From Spirochaetota bacterium (GTDB lineage Bacteria > Spirochaetota > UBA4802 > UBA5550), in contig OY760686.1 of the NCBI GenBank assembly GCA_963663865.1, positions 1,504,001-1,568,000 of the forward strand: a stretch of DNA of 64,000 nucleotides, written 5' to 3'. The notes beneath the pieces are model-generated. The model did no database searches. It saw only the letters and a list, made by a program, of their open reading frames with translations, and was not told where the DNA came from. Positions 29,387 to 39,906 of the stretch are shown here, piece by piece. Positions within the stretch are counted from its first letter, which is position 1; each line of letters opens with the position of its first letter. The position numbers were made by a program, and so were the translations under genes.

Positions 29387-30229
29387 ATGAAGCTTTCTCA
29401 TGAAAAAAAGGTTGAGCGCTTTTACAGCCATGGGTCGGACGTGCGTGGTACACAGGAGGGTGGATATCTCTCATTTGGTTACTGGAAGGGCGGCGTAATG
29501 GACTATCACGGGGCAGTGGACGCTCTCGTTGAGAAGGTGCTGAAAAAAGAAAAAAAAGTAAGACGCGGGACGAAAGTACTTAACGCGGCCTGCGGCTACG
29601 GAGCGGAAACATTCAGAATTTTTGATAAGATCAAGCCCGATAAAATTGTCGCCATAGATATAACCGGACCTCATATTTCGTTTGCCCGCAGACAGGCAAG
29701 GGCGCAAAAGCTTGATGAGAGAATAGAATTCAGGAAAATGAATGCGGCTGAGTTGAAATTTCCTTCCGGGATGTTTGACTATGTAATAGCAATAGAAGGC
29801 CCCGCCCATTTTCATACGCGGGAGATGTTCCTGCGAAGCGCGTTTAGTGTTCTCAAACCTCGAGGGGTACTTCTCCTTTCTGATATTATTGTCGATTTTG
29901 GATACGAGGAAGGGAGCCGGTTGAAGAAGATTGCCGGGGAATTCTGTGCCAGGAGGTGGTTTATGCCAAGAGAGAACTGGATGAAAGCTCAAGATCTTAA
30001 AGAGCTAATAAAAGAGATCGGCTTTAAAATTGACAGCTTCGAGACTGCAGGGGCCGACGTTTATCCTGGTTTTTCCAAATACAATCTCAGATGGGAGTCA
30101 ATAAAAAATGCCGTCAGAATAAGGGGTTTTAGAATAGGTCTTTCATTGACATTCATATCATGGCTTCTTGGATTTGTTCACAGAAAAAAAATGATTGATT
30201 ATATCTTTGTCAGGGCAATCAAGCAGTAA
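29387..30229 (+). CDS. Class I SAM-dependent methyltransferase (sterol/tocopherol/small-molecule type)
   Basis: YLSFGYW, VLNAACGYG, FDYVIAIEG, VLKPRG. Confidence 0.85.
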   Translation: MKLSHEKKVERFYSHGSDVRGTQEGGYLSFGYWKGGVMDYHGAVDALVEKVLKKEKKVRRGTKVLNAACGYGAETFRIFDKIKPDKIVAIDITGPHISFARRQARAQKLDERIEFRKMNAAELKFPSGMFDYVIAIEGPAHFHTREMFLRSAFSVLKPRGVLLLSDIIVDFGYEEGSRLKKIAGEFCARRWFMPRENWMKAQDLKELIKEIGFKIDSFETAGADVYPGFSKYNLRWESIKNAVRIRGFRIGLSLTFISWLLGFVHRKKMIDYIFVRAIKQ

Positions 30230-30363
30230 ATAATCAAAAAAAACCATCCTGTACCTTCAAAGGGTATCTTTTTAAAAACGGTAACGATACCTTGACAGCA
30301 GTAACGCTGTCAGTGTAGAGCTGTTGTGCATTCAAGCCTCTTGTAAATTTATGGAGATCGTTT

Positions 30364-31713
30364 ATGTCTGAGATCATAATCCTTGTATCAATTGCACTTC
30401 TTATCGTAATAAATCTGGTGAACCTTTTCTCTGGGCGTGAAGCTTCGGCGCGTTCTGTTCAGTCTAAACTTGAAATGTTTGAAAACAGGCTGGCCGAATA
30501 CGGAAAGTCACTCCGGGAAGAGTTCGCGGCCAACAGAAAGGAGTACGGCGTAAATTTTCAGGAATTTCGCAGAGAGTTGGGTGAACAGTTTACAAGGTTC
30601 ACCAACCTCATTCAGCAGAAGGTGGACGGCCTCCAGTCCTTTTCAGTGAAGGATGCCAGAGAGGGCAGAACGGAGCTTTCATCAACACTGAAACACTTCG
30701 AGGAAAAGATTACGTCCAATCTTGAACTCATCCGCAAGTCAGTAGACAATGGTCTTTCGTCTATGCAGAGAGATAATAACGAAAAGCTTGAGCAGATGCG
30801 TAAAACCGTCGATGAAAAGCTTCACTCAACCCTTGAGAAGAGGCTTGGGGAGTCATTCAAGCTTGTCAGCGACCGGCTTGAATCTGTCCAGAAAGGACTC
30901 GGAGAAATGCAGACCCTCGCGACAGGGGTGGGCGACCTGAAAAAAGTGCTGTCCAACGTCAAATCGCGGGGTGTTATCGGAGAATATCAGCTCGCGGCAA
31001 TACTCGAGCAGCTGATGACCCCGCAGCAGTACTCGAAAAACGTCATGACAAAGCCGGGCAGCCGTGAGAATGTCGAGTTTGCCGTCAAAATACCTGACAA
31101 GACAGGGGCCAACGATTTTATCTGGCTTCCAATAGACTCCAAGTTCCCAACAGAAAACTACCAGCGTCTTCTCTCCGCCTACGAGGCCGGAGACAGAGCG
31201 CTCATAGACGAGAGCGTAAAGCTTCTTTCCGCTAACATTGAGAAGTCAGCCAGGGATATACGCGATAAGTACATTGAACCGCCTCACACCACCGATTTCG
31301 CGGTAATGTTCCTGCCCTTCGAGGGGCTCTATGCTGAGGTCCTGCGTATACCGGGGCTTTTTGAAAAGCTGCAGAATGTCTACAGAGTAACGGTGACCGG
31401 ACCGACCACGGTGTCCGCACTTATAAACAGCCTGCAGATGGGTTTCAGAACGCTCGCAATCGAGAAGCGTACCGGAGAGGTCTGGCAGGTCCTCGGAGCG
31501 GTAAAGACCGAGTTCGGGAAGTTCGGCGATATTCTTGATCAGACGAGGAAGAAGCTTGACGCCGCCAGAGCGGAGCTCGATAAAACAGGTGTGCGGACCA
31601 GAAGGATAACATCACGGCTTCGTGAAGTGGAAACCCTTCCTGATGAGTCAATCGCCGGGGTTCTTGCTGTATCGTCAGCTTCCGATCCGGGTGAAGACGA
31701 GACGGACGATTAG
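30364..31713 (+). CDS. rmuC: DNA recombination protein RmuC
   Basis: N-terminal TM and coiled coil, VLSNVKSRG, LPIDSKFP, FAVMFLPFEGLY. Confidence 0.95.
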   Translation: MSEIIILVSIALLIVINLVNLFSGREASARSVQSKLEMFENRLAEYGKSLREEFAANRKEYGVNFQEFRRELGEQFTRFTNLIQQKVDGLQSFSVKDAREGRTELSSTLKHFEEKITSNLELIRKSVDNGLSSMQRDNNEKLEQMRKTVDEKLHSTLEKRLGESFKLVSDRLESVQKGLGEMQTLATGVGDLKKVLSNVKSRGVIGEYQLAAILEQLMTPQQYSKNVMTKPGSRENVEFAVKIPDKTGANDFIWLPIDSKFPTENYQRLLSAYEAGDRALIDESVKLLSANIEKSARDIRDKYIEPPHTTDFAVMFLPFEGLYAEVLRIPGLFEKLQNVYRVTVTGPTTVSALINSLQMGFRTLAIEKRTGEVWQVLGAVKTEFGKFGDILDQTRKKLDAARAELDKTGVRTRRITSRLREVETLPDESIAGVLAVSSASDPGEDETDD

Positions 31714-31789
31714 AAATCCGAAATCATAAATCCTTGACAACTTCAGTAACGGGCTCTTAATTGAGTGACTAAATCTGAAGGCGGGTGGA

Positions 31790-32869
31790 ATGGACGGTTT
31801 TTTGAATTTCTCGAAGGAGTATGTTCCGCTTATAGACGGATGTATTTCTTCATTTTATAAAAGCAAGGTGAAAAACGCGGCGTTTCCCTTCATGAAGCAT
31901 TACTACAGAGACCTTGCTGCATATTCGTCAAGGCCGGGTAAACGCGTAAGGCCTCTTGTCATGCTGGCTTCCTATTCCGGCTACAAAAAGGGCAAATCTG
32001 ACATGGAGGAGGCCGTTAAGCTTGCCGCGGCGGTGGAGCTCATGCACTCCTTTCTCCTTGTGCAGGACGACATTATTGACCGCTCCGAGTCAAGAAGGGG
32101 CGGAAGCGCCCTCCATGTGATGGCCGGTGAGAGAATGGGGCGGCCGCCCTTTGATATGTCCTCGGCAGCGGGAGTCGCCGTTGTTCTGGCAGATGTCATT
32201 TTCTCCAACGCGCTTGAGCTTGTAGCCTCGGCAGAGATTTGCAACCGTGCGAGAAGGCGCTTTCTCTCGGTCTTCGCGTCGACCTACGAAATGACGGCCT
32301 GGGGGCAGGTTCTCGATATTGAAATGTCATCGGGCGGTGGATTGGGCTCTCCGAAGGACACGCCTTTAACTATAAGCAAGCTGAAGACTGCCTACTATAC
32401 AATAATGTATCCGCTTCTCATGGGAAGGGTGCTCGCCGGCCCGGACGATCCGGCAGAGGAGGAAGCCATCAGGGCCTTCGCCATACCGCTTGGAATGGCA
32501 TTCCAGATAAGGGATGATCTGCTCGGAGTTTTCGGCGCCGAGACTGAGACAGGCAAGCCATCTGATTCGGACCTCGCTGAAGGCAAGATGACGCTTCTTA
32601 TACAGAACGCCATTGATGCCTTCGACAGTCGCGGAAAGGAGGCCTTTCTGAAACTGTTCTTATCCCCCCGCAAAACTGAAGCAGGTGTAAAAAAAATGCG
32701 GAGATTGATCGTTGAAAGCGGTGCGCATGAAAAGACCGCCGCTGAACATGACAGGCTCATTGAGGAAGCGGCCGCCGCGCTGCCGTCGCTGTCGCTGTCA
32801 AAAAAAGCCGTCCCCGTGTTTCAGGGGCTTGTGGGCGCTGTGGCATCGCTGAAGGGAATAAGCTACTGA
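31790..32869 (+). CDS. Polyprenyl diphosphate synthase (GGPP-synthase/short-chain type)
   Basis: GKRVRP, FLLVQDDIID..RRG (aromatic residue 5 before the first aspartate-rich motif), KT, FQIRDDLLG. Confidence 0.9.
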   Translation: MDGFLNFSKEYVPLIDGCISSFYKSKVKNAAFPFMKHYYRDLAAYSSRPGKRVRPLVMLASYSGYKKGKSDMEEAVKLAAAVELMHSFLLVQDDIIDRSESRRGGSALHVMAGERMGRPPFDMSSAAGVAVVLADVIFSNALELVASAEICNRARRRFLSVFASTYEMTAWGQVLDIEMSSGGGLGSPKDTPLTISKLKTAYYTIMYPLLMGRVLAGPDDPAEEEAIRAFAIPLGMAFQIRDDLLGVFGAETETGKPSDSDLAEGKMTLLIQNAIDAFDSRGKEAFLKLFLSPRKTEAGVKKMRRLIVESGAHEKTAAEHDRLIEEAAAALPSLSLSKKAVPVFQGLVGAVASLKGISY

Positions 32870-34695
32870 ATTGTCTGAAGCAGCCTCTCGATCTCCTCTC
32901 TGATACGGGCGGTCTTTGAATTGAAAGAGGCAATAACAGCGTCCCTGCCGGCTTCTATTACTGCCGAACCGTACGAGTCAATGATGCCCCTGCCTCGAAT
33001 GTCGTCCCGCTCCTTGCACGACATAACCGAACTGGCCATCTCTGTGAGAAGCTCAGAGTACCTTCTGAGGTTGTCTGCGTCGCTGTTTTTACTGAAGCCC
33101 TCAGCGCTGAAGAGCTCAGCGGCGTAGGAACCGTCGGGGAATGCAGCCCCCGTTTTGAGGCGCTCGAAAAGCGCGGAGAGGCAGAAGTACTCAATGCACT
33201 TTGAGTAGGCCTTTATTCCCTCAAGGCGCGAGCTTTCAGCAATGTAGTTTCTGCCGGCTCCGGCAATCGTCCTTTCTGTGTGAAAATCAGACGGGACTGC
33301 ATTGACAAGGGCGTCCCTCGCTGTGACCGCCAGACGGACAATATCCTCCCGAAAAATCGAAAACGAAGGGTCGCCCCTTTCAGCGAACTTCTTTTCGCTT
33401 CTGAAAAGCGTGTACGGGCTTTTCGCGAAAACCCATCCCGGAAACAGCTCGTTAAGCCCCGGCGAAATCGCGGCATTTACCCGTGACGGAGGCGTGATAA
33501 GCGAAAAGGGAAAGCATACCTTCTGCGGCTGCGTCGTGACCCCGGTGGCGATGATGCTGTAAGGGGAGGCCGAGTAGTTTGCCGGGAATTTCACGCAGCA
33601 TCCGAGCCCGAAAAACTGCCCCTCGCCGCAGATTATCTCCTGGTCGGGGGCGCGGCCGGTGTGGTTAGAGCCCACATTGGCGCCGTACCCGATGTTGCCG
33701 CGTCCTGCCGGCCATAATGCCGATATCAGGAGGGCCTGGTGGTGAAATCCCGTATGCGGCCCCACAATTGAAGAGTTTATCTCGCCTTCGGAGGCGTGAG
33801 TGCCGGGGCCCAGCAGGCTTGAGATGATGTTCGCGTGACGGGAGGCTCCCGCTCCGGAGCACAGCGCCGAGTTTTCCACTACGGCATGGGTTGCAGCGCT
33901 TGAGCCCGGCTGCAGAAGCGACGATTTCACGACCGCTCCGGAATGGGCTTCAGCGCAAGCGCCCTCCGAAGCCAGAAGGCTTGAGTTCTCTACGAGCTGC
34001 GCCCCGCTGACTTTACAGCCGGCGCCGATGAAGGACGAGACGATCCGTCCGCAGTCCTCGATCACCGCATTCGGGCAGACTATTCCCAGTGGGAAAGCGC
34101 TCTTCGAGACAAACTCTTCAATCCGTTTTTTCAGCTCCTGTTTTTCGGGGGGGGATAGTGCCGTCTCTGCGAGCGCGCAGGCCGCGCTGACAGATACGCC
34201 TGGCCAGAGAGTAAAGCTTCGCAGTCCGGCCTCGCTGCCGACGGTAATATTCGTGCCGAATCCGAAGGATGAAGCCTGCGGGCATGAGATGAGGGCGGTT
34301 CTAACGACGCTCGCTGAATCCATGATGCAGCAGCTGGAAACCTCTGCGGCCCGGTCGATGAGGCAGCCGCTGCCGATCTCACTTGATATGAGGGTGCTGT
34401 CGAAGATTCCCGTTTCCGGACGCTCATTGCCGTCTCCTGTTTTATATAAGCCGAGAACGCATCGTCCATAGAAACGGTTTCCCCGAATTTGCGCCGGATC
34501 AAAGTCCCTGTGAACGAGAAGCTGTCCCCAGTCAGGGCAATAGTTACCCTGCTTCTTGAGGGCCCTTATCTCCCGGCGGGAGAGGGCCCTCACATGGTCA
34601 CTGAAAAGCCTGCTCCTGCCCGGATTGCTCAGATCTGACAGTATTTGAAGAAAGCTGTTTTCGTAGTCAGTGTTGATTTCAACTCTGTATTTCAT
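32863..34695 (-). CDS. DUF4954-like protein with left-handed beta-helix repeats
   Basis: LKKQGNYCPDW, EGEINSSIVGP, GANVGSNHTGRAPDQE, PFSLI. Confidence 0.8.
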   Translation of the reverse strand: MKYRVEINTDYENSFLQILSDLSNPGRSRLFSDHVRALSRREIRALKKQGNYCPDWGQLLVHRDFDPAQIRGNRFYGRCVLGLYKTGDGNERPETGIFDSTLISSEIGSGCLIDRAAEVSSCCIMDSASVVRTALISCPQASSFGFGTNITVGSEAGLRSFTLWPGVSVSAACALAETALSPPEKQELKKRIEEFVSKSAFPLGIVCPNAVIEDCGRIVSSFIGAGCKVSGAQLVENSSLLASEGACAEAHSGAVVKSSLLQPGSSAATHAVVENSALCSGAGASRHANIISSLLGPGTHASEGEINSSIVGPHTGFHHQALLISALWPAGRGNIGYGANVGSNHTGRAPDQEIICGEGQFFGLGCCVKFPANYSASPYSIIATGVTTQPQKVCFPFSLITPPSRVNAAISPGLNELFPGWVFAKSPYTLFRSEKKFAERGDPSFSIFREDIVRLAVTARDALVNAVPSDFHTERTIAGAGRNYIAESSRLEGIKAYSKCIEYFCLSALFERLKTGAAFPDGSYAAELFSAEGFSKNSDADNLRRYSELLTEMASSVMSCKERDDIRGRGIIDSYGSAVIEAGRDAVIASFNSKTARIREEIERLLQTIQ

Positions 34696-34991
34696 GGGTC
34701 TCTTCCTTACGGTCAGCCAGACATACGCTGGTTTGATGACGGATGTAGCTGTTGAGAATTATAGTGATGACTGTTTTAAATATCCCCCAGAATAATGAGT
34801 CTACAAAAATATGAAAATAAAGTACAATTTTTGAAAAGTGAAAACACGTCGATACATTGCATCGCTTAAGCAGCCAATTATTCCTGAATAATAACGAATT
34901 GTTATTGATAATATAATGGGCGGTTTTAGCTTCTAAACAGACGGTCGGCAAAAGGGGTTATACTATTATGAAAATATACATGGAGGAGTAA

Positions 34992-35291
34992 ATGGATATA
35001 AAAAATGGAAAAGATATGAAGATTGAGATTAAAGTGGATGAGTCTTCTGCATCAGGAACTTATGTTAATTTCACTAACATCAGTCACTCGGCCGAGGAAT
35101 TTGTCATGGATTTCCTGTTTGTCCATCCGACCCCTCCTCCGGGATTCGGCAAGCTTATGTCGAGGGTTCTTCTTTCGCCGGGTCACGCTAAAAGGCTGCT
35201 TGCCGCGCTGACTGAGAACATTGAAAAATACGAGTCAAGGTTCGGGCCAATAAAGGCCATTGCCCCGCCTCATCAGGGCAATCTTCAGTAG
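34992..35291 (+). CDS. DUF3467 family protein
   Basis: GTYVNFTNISHSAEEFVMDF, SRVLLSPGHAKRL, YESRFGPI; RBS GGAGG. Confidence 0.88.
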   Translation: MDIKNGKDMKIEIKVDESSASGTYVNFTNISHSAEEFVMDFLFVHPTPPPGFGKLMSRVLLSPGHAKRLLAALTENIEKYESRFGPIKAIAPPHQGNLQ

Positions 35292-35312
35292 CAGGCCAGG
35301 AGTAGAGCTGAA

Positions 35313-35774
35313 GTGAAATGCTTTATGATATCGCTGATGCTGGTAATCCCGCTTATTTCTTCGGCAGAGGAGCGGAAAGCTTCTGAGCTTGATGCTTTTC
35401 ACAGGCTCCATTCTCTGTTTGTCAAGTGGGATGACGGCTTTTTCGGGAGCAGGGGCTGTCATGAGAGGGCGCTGAGGGCCTCGCTGACAGAGCTGATCGG
35501 CGGGCAAATTACGACTCCGGCCGGCTACTTCCCGGTATTTCCGCGAGGACAGGCGGGCAGAGTTTTTGACAGCAGGCACAGGCTGTACAGCTGGCTTGTT
35601 ATTCATCCGGGAAGAAATCCCGGGAAAGCATTTGAAGCGCCCGCATCCGTGAGGCAGTGGCGCACCGGCCAAGAGTATTCCATAAGCGGGAAGGTCGTCC
35701 GCTGGAGGCTCGGCCGCGATACGAGGGGCAGAACAGTGAATCTATGGCTGGATGAAATAACTGTCTCCGATTGA
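35313..35774 (+). CDS. Exported hypothetical protein
   Basis: Signal peptide; packed between DUF3467 and trpC. Confidence 0.6.
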   Translation: MKCFMISLMLVIPLISSAEERKASELDAFHRLHSLFVKWDDGFFGSRGCHERALRASLTELIGGQITTPAGYFPVFPRGQAGRVFDSRHRLYSWLVIHPGRNPGKAFEAPASVRQWRTGQEYSISGKVVRWRLGRDTRGRTVNLWLDEITVSD

Positions 35775-36616
35775 CAGACTTGACGCAGGTGAATATGGCA
35801 ACAATACTTGATAAAATAGTACAGACAAGACGCGGGAGAATAGAGACGGATCAAATCGACTTTCCTGAGAAGGAGGCTGAGAGCAGGGTGCTGCGTATGC
35901 GCAAAGGCGGATACCAGCCTGCGCCATTTACGGTCCTCAAGTCGGAGAATGAACCATTCCTTATTGCTGAAATCAAAAAGGCGTCCCCTTCCAGAGGAGT
36001 TATCAGGCCCGATTTTGATGTGCAGGACATCGCGTCCGCGTACGGAAGCTCTCCTCACGTGAAGGCTCTGTCAGTTCTTGCTGAGCCGGACTTTTTTATG
36101 GGAGCTTTCGCAAATATTGAAACCGCGGTCAAGGCCTCAGGGAAGCCCGCACTCCTGAAGGACTTCGTTATTGACCCATATCAGATTTACAGGGGCTATA
36201 TTTGCGGCGCCTCGGCCTTTCTGCTGATCGCCGCTATCCTTGATGACGCGGAAATCGCATGTTACTCCTCAATAGCCAGGGACCTCGGAATGGAGATACT
36301 GCTTGAGGTCCACACTGTTGATGAATATAAAAGGGCGCTCGAACTCGAAGTCAGCCTTATCGGGATAAATAACCGGGACCTTGCGTCCTTTACCGTCGAT
36401 ATAGCAAACACCGCGAGGATAATCGAGGCTGCCGGAAAGCCGGACTCAGTCACGGTGATATCTGAAAGCGGAATAAGCTCTCCGGAAGATGTCGCGTGGC
36501 TGTCGAAGGCAGGAGCTGACGGATTTCTGATTGGAGAGCAGTTTATGAAACAGAGCGATATCTCCGGGGCGGTTAACAGGCTGATGTCCGAAGCAGCCGG
36601 GGTAAAGGTGCTGTGA
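35771..36616 (+). CDS. trpC: Indole-3-glycerol phosphate synthase (start may be ATG35795)
   Basis: IAEIKKASPSRG, KDFVIDPYQI, LEVH, GINNRDL, SESGI. Confidence 0.95.
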   Translation: MTDLTQVNMATILDKIVQTRRGRIETDQIDFPEKEAESRVLRMRKGGYQPAPFTVLKSENEPFLIAEIKKASPSRGVIRPDFDVQDIASAYGSSPHVKALSVLAEPDFFMGAFANIETAVKASGKPALLKDFVIDPYQIYRGYICGASAFLLIAAILDDAEIACYSSIARDLGMEILLEVHTVDEYKRALELEVSLIGINNRDLASFTVDIANTARIIEAAGKPDSVTVISESGISSPEDVAWLSKAGADGFLIGEQFMKQSDISGAVNRLMSEAAGVKVL

Positions 36617-37293
36617 AGGCGGCGCTTCCAGTTAAATCTCACAGCTTGCCGGTTGTAAAGATTTGCGGAATAACCGGATCAGAAGACGCTCTCTATGCAG
36701 CGGCTGCAGGCGCAGACATTCTCGGCTTCGTCTTCTACGAAAAAAGCCCCAGGGCTGTCAGGACTGAGAAGGCAGCTGAGATTGCGGAAGTCTTGAGGCG
36801 CCATTCGTCTTTGCCCGAACTCGCGGGGGTTTTTGTCGACTCTGTAATTGATGAGGTTCTGGAGACAGCATCCCTTGCCGGACTGAATTACATTCAGCTT
36901 CACGGCAGTGAAGATAACGCATATATCTCCAGGCTGAGAGGTCTTCTGCCCTCCGGAACAGCCATAATCAAAGCCGTTCGAGTCAGGGACGCTGAAGATG
37001 TGGCGCTCTCTCTGACCTTTCAAAGCGATTATGTCCTTCTCGACGCGTATTCATCGGATGGGTACGGCGGGACAGGAAAAAGGTTTGACTGGACTCTACT
37101 GAAGGAGTATCAAGGGAAGGATAGGCTCTTTCTCGCGGGAGGCCTGAACGCGGAAAATGTGCTCGATGCGTATAGGACAGTCTCCCCGTTCGCCCTTGAT
37201 CTTTCCAGCGGACTTGAACGCTCGAAGAAGGGTGTTAAGGACCATGAGAAGATTGACGCGTTATTCAGGGCTCTGTCTGTGCTGGATGCCTGA
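36613..37293 (+). CDS. trpF: Phosphoribosylanthranilate isomerase
   Basis: VKICGIT, GFVFYEKSPR, QLHGSE, GGTGKRFDW, LAGGL. Confidence 0.95.
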   Translation: MKAALPVKSHSLPVVKICGITGSEDALYAAAAGADILGFVFYEKSPRAVRTEKAAEIAEVLRRHSSLPELAGVFVDSVIDEVLETASLAGLNYIQLHGSEDNAYISRLRGLLPSGTAIIKAVRVRDAEDVALSLTFQSDYVLLDAYSSDGYGGTGKRFDWTLLKEYQGKDRLFLAGGLNAENVLDAYRTVSPFALDLSSGLERSKKGVKDHEKIDALFRALSVLDA

Positions 37294-37400
37294 ACAGGGC
37301 GGGGTTTGCGGGGCTTAATGGTCATGGCTGAAAAGTTACTTCCAGAATCGATGGATTCTGAAGTGAAGCGTAATAAATACAATAATGACGGGAAAATACT

Positions 37401-39227
37401 ATGTGTGGAATAATCGGATACGCCGGCAGCGGTCAGGCTTCAAAAGTGATAATTAACGGACTTAAACGTATGGAGTACAGGGGCTATGACTCTTCGGGGA
37501 TGGCCCTGCTGGGAAATGACCTGTTTGTCTGCAAGAAACAGGGAAAGCTCTCGCAGCTTGACAGCTGCATCAGCCATTCGGAGTTGAAGGGCTACAAATT
37601 CGGAATAGGCCATACCCGATGGGCGACACATGGGGCCCCGTCTGAGGCAAACGCGCATCCGCACAGCGACTGCGCGGGCGAGATAGCGCTTGTCCATAAC
37701 GGAATCATTGAAAACCACTCGGTTTTGCGGGAGATACTCAGGAAGGAAGGTCACAGCTTTACAAGCGAAACTGACACCGAAACCATAGTCCATCTTATTG
37801 AACGGTATCACAGGAAGGAGTCGCTTGTTGATTCAGTTATTAAGGCCCTTTCATTTGTTGAGGGCACATACGGAATTGCTGTTGTCTCAAAAAAAGAGCC
37901 GGGCAGGCTTGTTGCGGCGCGAAAGGGCAGCCCGCTTATTCTTGGAATCGGCGAGACTGGAATGGTTGTGGCTTCAGATGTCAGCGCGATAATCGAACAC
38001 ACGCGCAGCGTCATCTATCTTGAGGACAATGAAGTGGTTGAGATATCAGGCAGCGACTATACCCTCTATGATCTGGAGAAGACCTGCTTGCACAAGAACG
38101 TTGAAGAGATCGACTGGGATATCGAAGCAATCAGCAAGGGCGGTTTTGACCACTTCATGCTCAAGGAAATCCATGAACAGAATGAAACCGTCCGGAATGC
38201 CTTCAGGGGCCGGCTTCTGTTTGATTCAGGGAATGTTCGTCTTGATGGTCTCAGGCTTACTGACGAAGAGCTTAACTCCATTGAAAAAATAATATTCATT
38301 GCCTGCGGAACATCATTTCACGCGGGCCTCATCGGTGAATATCTCATTGAGGAATACGCCAGGATTCCTGTTGAGGTTGAATATGCATCTGAATTCCGCT
38401 ACAGAAAGCCTATTTTAAAGAAAGGCGATCTGGTCATAACGATAACTCAGTCGGGAGAAACCGCCGATACCCTTGCGGCCCTTCGCGAAGCCAGGGCGAG
38501 GGGAGTCAAGGTCCTGGGGATAACAAATGTTGTCGGCAGCACAATTGCCCGCGAGTCGGACGGCGGTGTTTACACACATGCCGGCCCCGAAATTGGAGTC
38601 GCGTCTACAAAGGCATTTACCTCGCAGGTTACAGTTCTTGCCATGCTAACAATACTTCTTGCCCGCCGCAGGGATTTTACCCTTGCTGAAGGACAGAAGA
38701 TAATTTCAGAGCTTGAAAAAATCCCGGAAAAGATTGACTGGATACTCAATAACAACGGTATCAAAGAGATCGCCGAGGAGTACAGAAGTTCTACAAATTT
38801 TCTTTACCTTGGCAGAGGCGCTCAGTTTCCGGTGGCCCTTGAAGGGGCATTGAAGCTGAAAGAAATATCCTACATCCACGCTGAAGGATATCCCGCGGCG
38901 GAGATGAAGCACGGACCCATAGCGCTTATTGACAACAACATGCCTGTGGTTTTCATAGCCCTCAAGGACGATATCTACAGCAAGGTCATAAGCAATATGG
39001 AAGAGGTGCGCGCGCGCAGCGGAAGAATTATAGCTGTTGCAACCGAAGGCGATAAGGAGATATGTGAGCGTGCCGATCACGTAATCTACGTTCCAGAAAG
39101 CCATGCCGTTGTGGCTCCGCTTCTCACGGTAATTCCGCTCCAGCTTCTGGCGTACTGGATCGCCGTACTCAAGGGATGCAATGTGGATCAACCGAGAAAC
39201 CTCGCAAAAAGCGTAACGGTGGAGTAG
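37401..39227 (+). CDS. glmS: Glutamine-fructose-6-phosphate aminotransferase
   Basis: MCGIIG, GHTRWATHG, QSGETADT, PRNLAKSVTVE. Confidence 0.98.
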   Translation: MCGIIGYAGSGQASKVIINGLKRMEYRGYDSSGMALLGNDLFVCKKQGKLSQLDSCISHSELKGYKFGIGHTRWATHGAPSEANAHPHSDCAGEIALVHNGIIENHSVLREILRKEGHSFTSETDTETIVHLIERYHRKESLVDSVIKALSFVEGTYGIAVVSKKEPGRLVAARKGSPLILGIGETGMVVASDVSAIIEHTRSVIYLEDNEVVEISGSDYTLYDLEKTCLHKNVEEIDWDIEAISKGGFDHFMLKEIHEQNETVRNAFRGRLLFDSGNVRLDGLRLTDEELNSIEKIIFIACGTSFHAGLIGEYLIEEYARIPVEVEYASEFRYRKPILKKGDLVITITQSGETADTLAALREARARGVKVLGITNVVGSTIARESDGGVYTHAGPEIGVASTKAFTSQVTVLAMLTILLARRRDFTLAEGQKIISELEKIPEKIDWILNNNGIKEIAEEYRSSTNFLYLGRGAQFPVALEGALKLKEISYIHAEGYPAAEMKHGPIALIDNNMPVVFIALKDDIYSKVISNMEEVRARSGRIIAVATEGDKEICERADHVIYVPESHAVVAPLLTVIPLQLLAYWIAVLKGCNVDQPRNLAKSVTVE

Positions 39228-39445
39228 TCCGGACGGCAATATCCCCCCTGAAATATTTTTAGATGTCCGGATGTATATTGATTGACAATAAACTGTATCA
39301 GGTTTATTCGATTGGTCAGTTGTATCAGCGGCTTCGTCGGTGAACTTCCGGCTCGAAAATACTGAAACCGGATTGTCATGTTGACCGGGGCCGAATGGGC
39401 TGCGTAACGCAGCCGTGTTTATGATTATCCACTAAAGAGGTTCAG

Positions 39446-39814
39446 ATGGTCGTTATTGAAAGTATAAACCACATTGGTCTAACGGTATCAAACATTGAGA
39501 AGTCGATGCAGTTTTTTAAAGATCTCTTTGACTTTGAAGTAGTAGATAAACACTCAACTTCTCAGCAGACATTTTTAAAAATGGGAGAGATGATGCTATG
39601 CCTTTACGAGTGCGAGGGCTTCAGGAACACTGACAGTTCGCGCGCGGCTGTCTCTTTCTATATTGACGAAGAAGATTTCGAGGATGCCCTCGACGAACTT
39701 GACGAGTTGGGAATAGAGATAGTTTACGGGCCGGAAAATCTGAGGGGCGGCAAAAGCGTAATATTTGTCGATCCGGATGACAACCGTATTGAGCTGTCAT
39801 ACCCGAAACTGTAG
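39446..39814 (+). CDS. VOC/glyoxalase family protein
   Basis: INHIGLTV, FVDPDDNRIEL. Confidence 0.88.
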   Translation: MVVIESINHIGLTVSNIEKSMQFFKDLFDFEVVDKHSTSQQTFLKMGEMMLCLYECEGFRNTDSSRAAVSFYIDEEDFEDALDELDELGIEIVYGPENLRGGKSVIFVDPDDNRIELSYPKL

Positions 39815-39855
39815 GAACATGCTTTAAACCTGAGAGCCGTCCCGTCCGGGCCGGC

Positions 39856-39883
39856 AAAGGTCCGGATAGGCCGGGCCTTTTTT
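39856..39883 (+). terminator. Intrinsic terminator after the VOC gene
   Basis: AAAGGTCCGG/CCGGGCCTTT stem followed by a T-run. Confidence 0.7.
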
Positions 39884-39906
39884 ATTACAGAAAACGGCCG
39901 CAGGTA

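Noticed and set aside
37294-37400. glmS ribozyme upstream of glmS
   Set aside because: Only a simple hairpin (CAGAATC/GATTCTG); the conserved AGCGCC...GACGAGG core is absent and the spacer is short.
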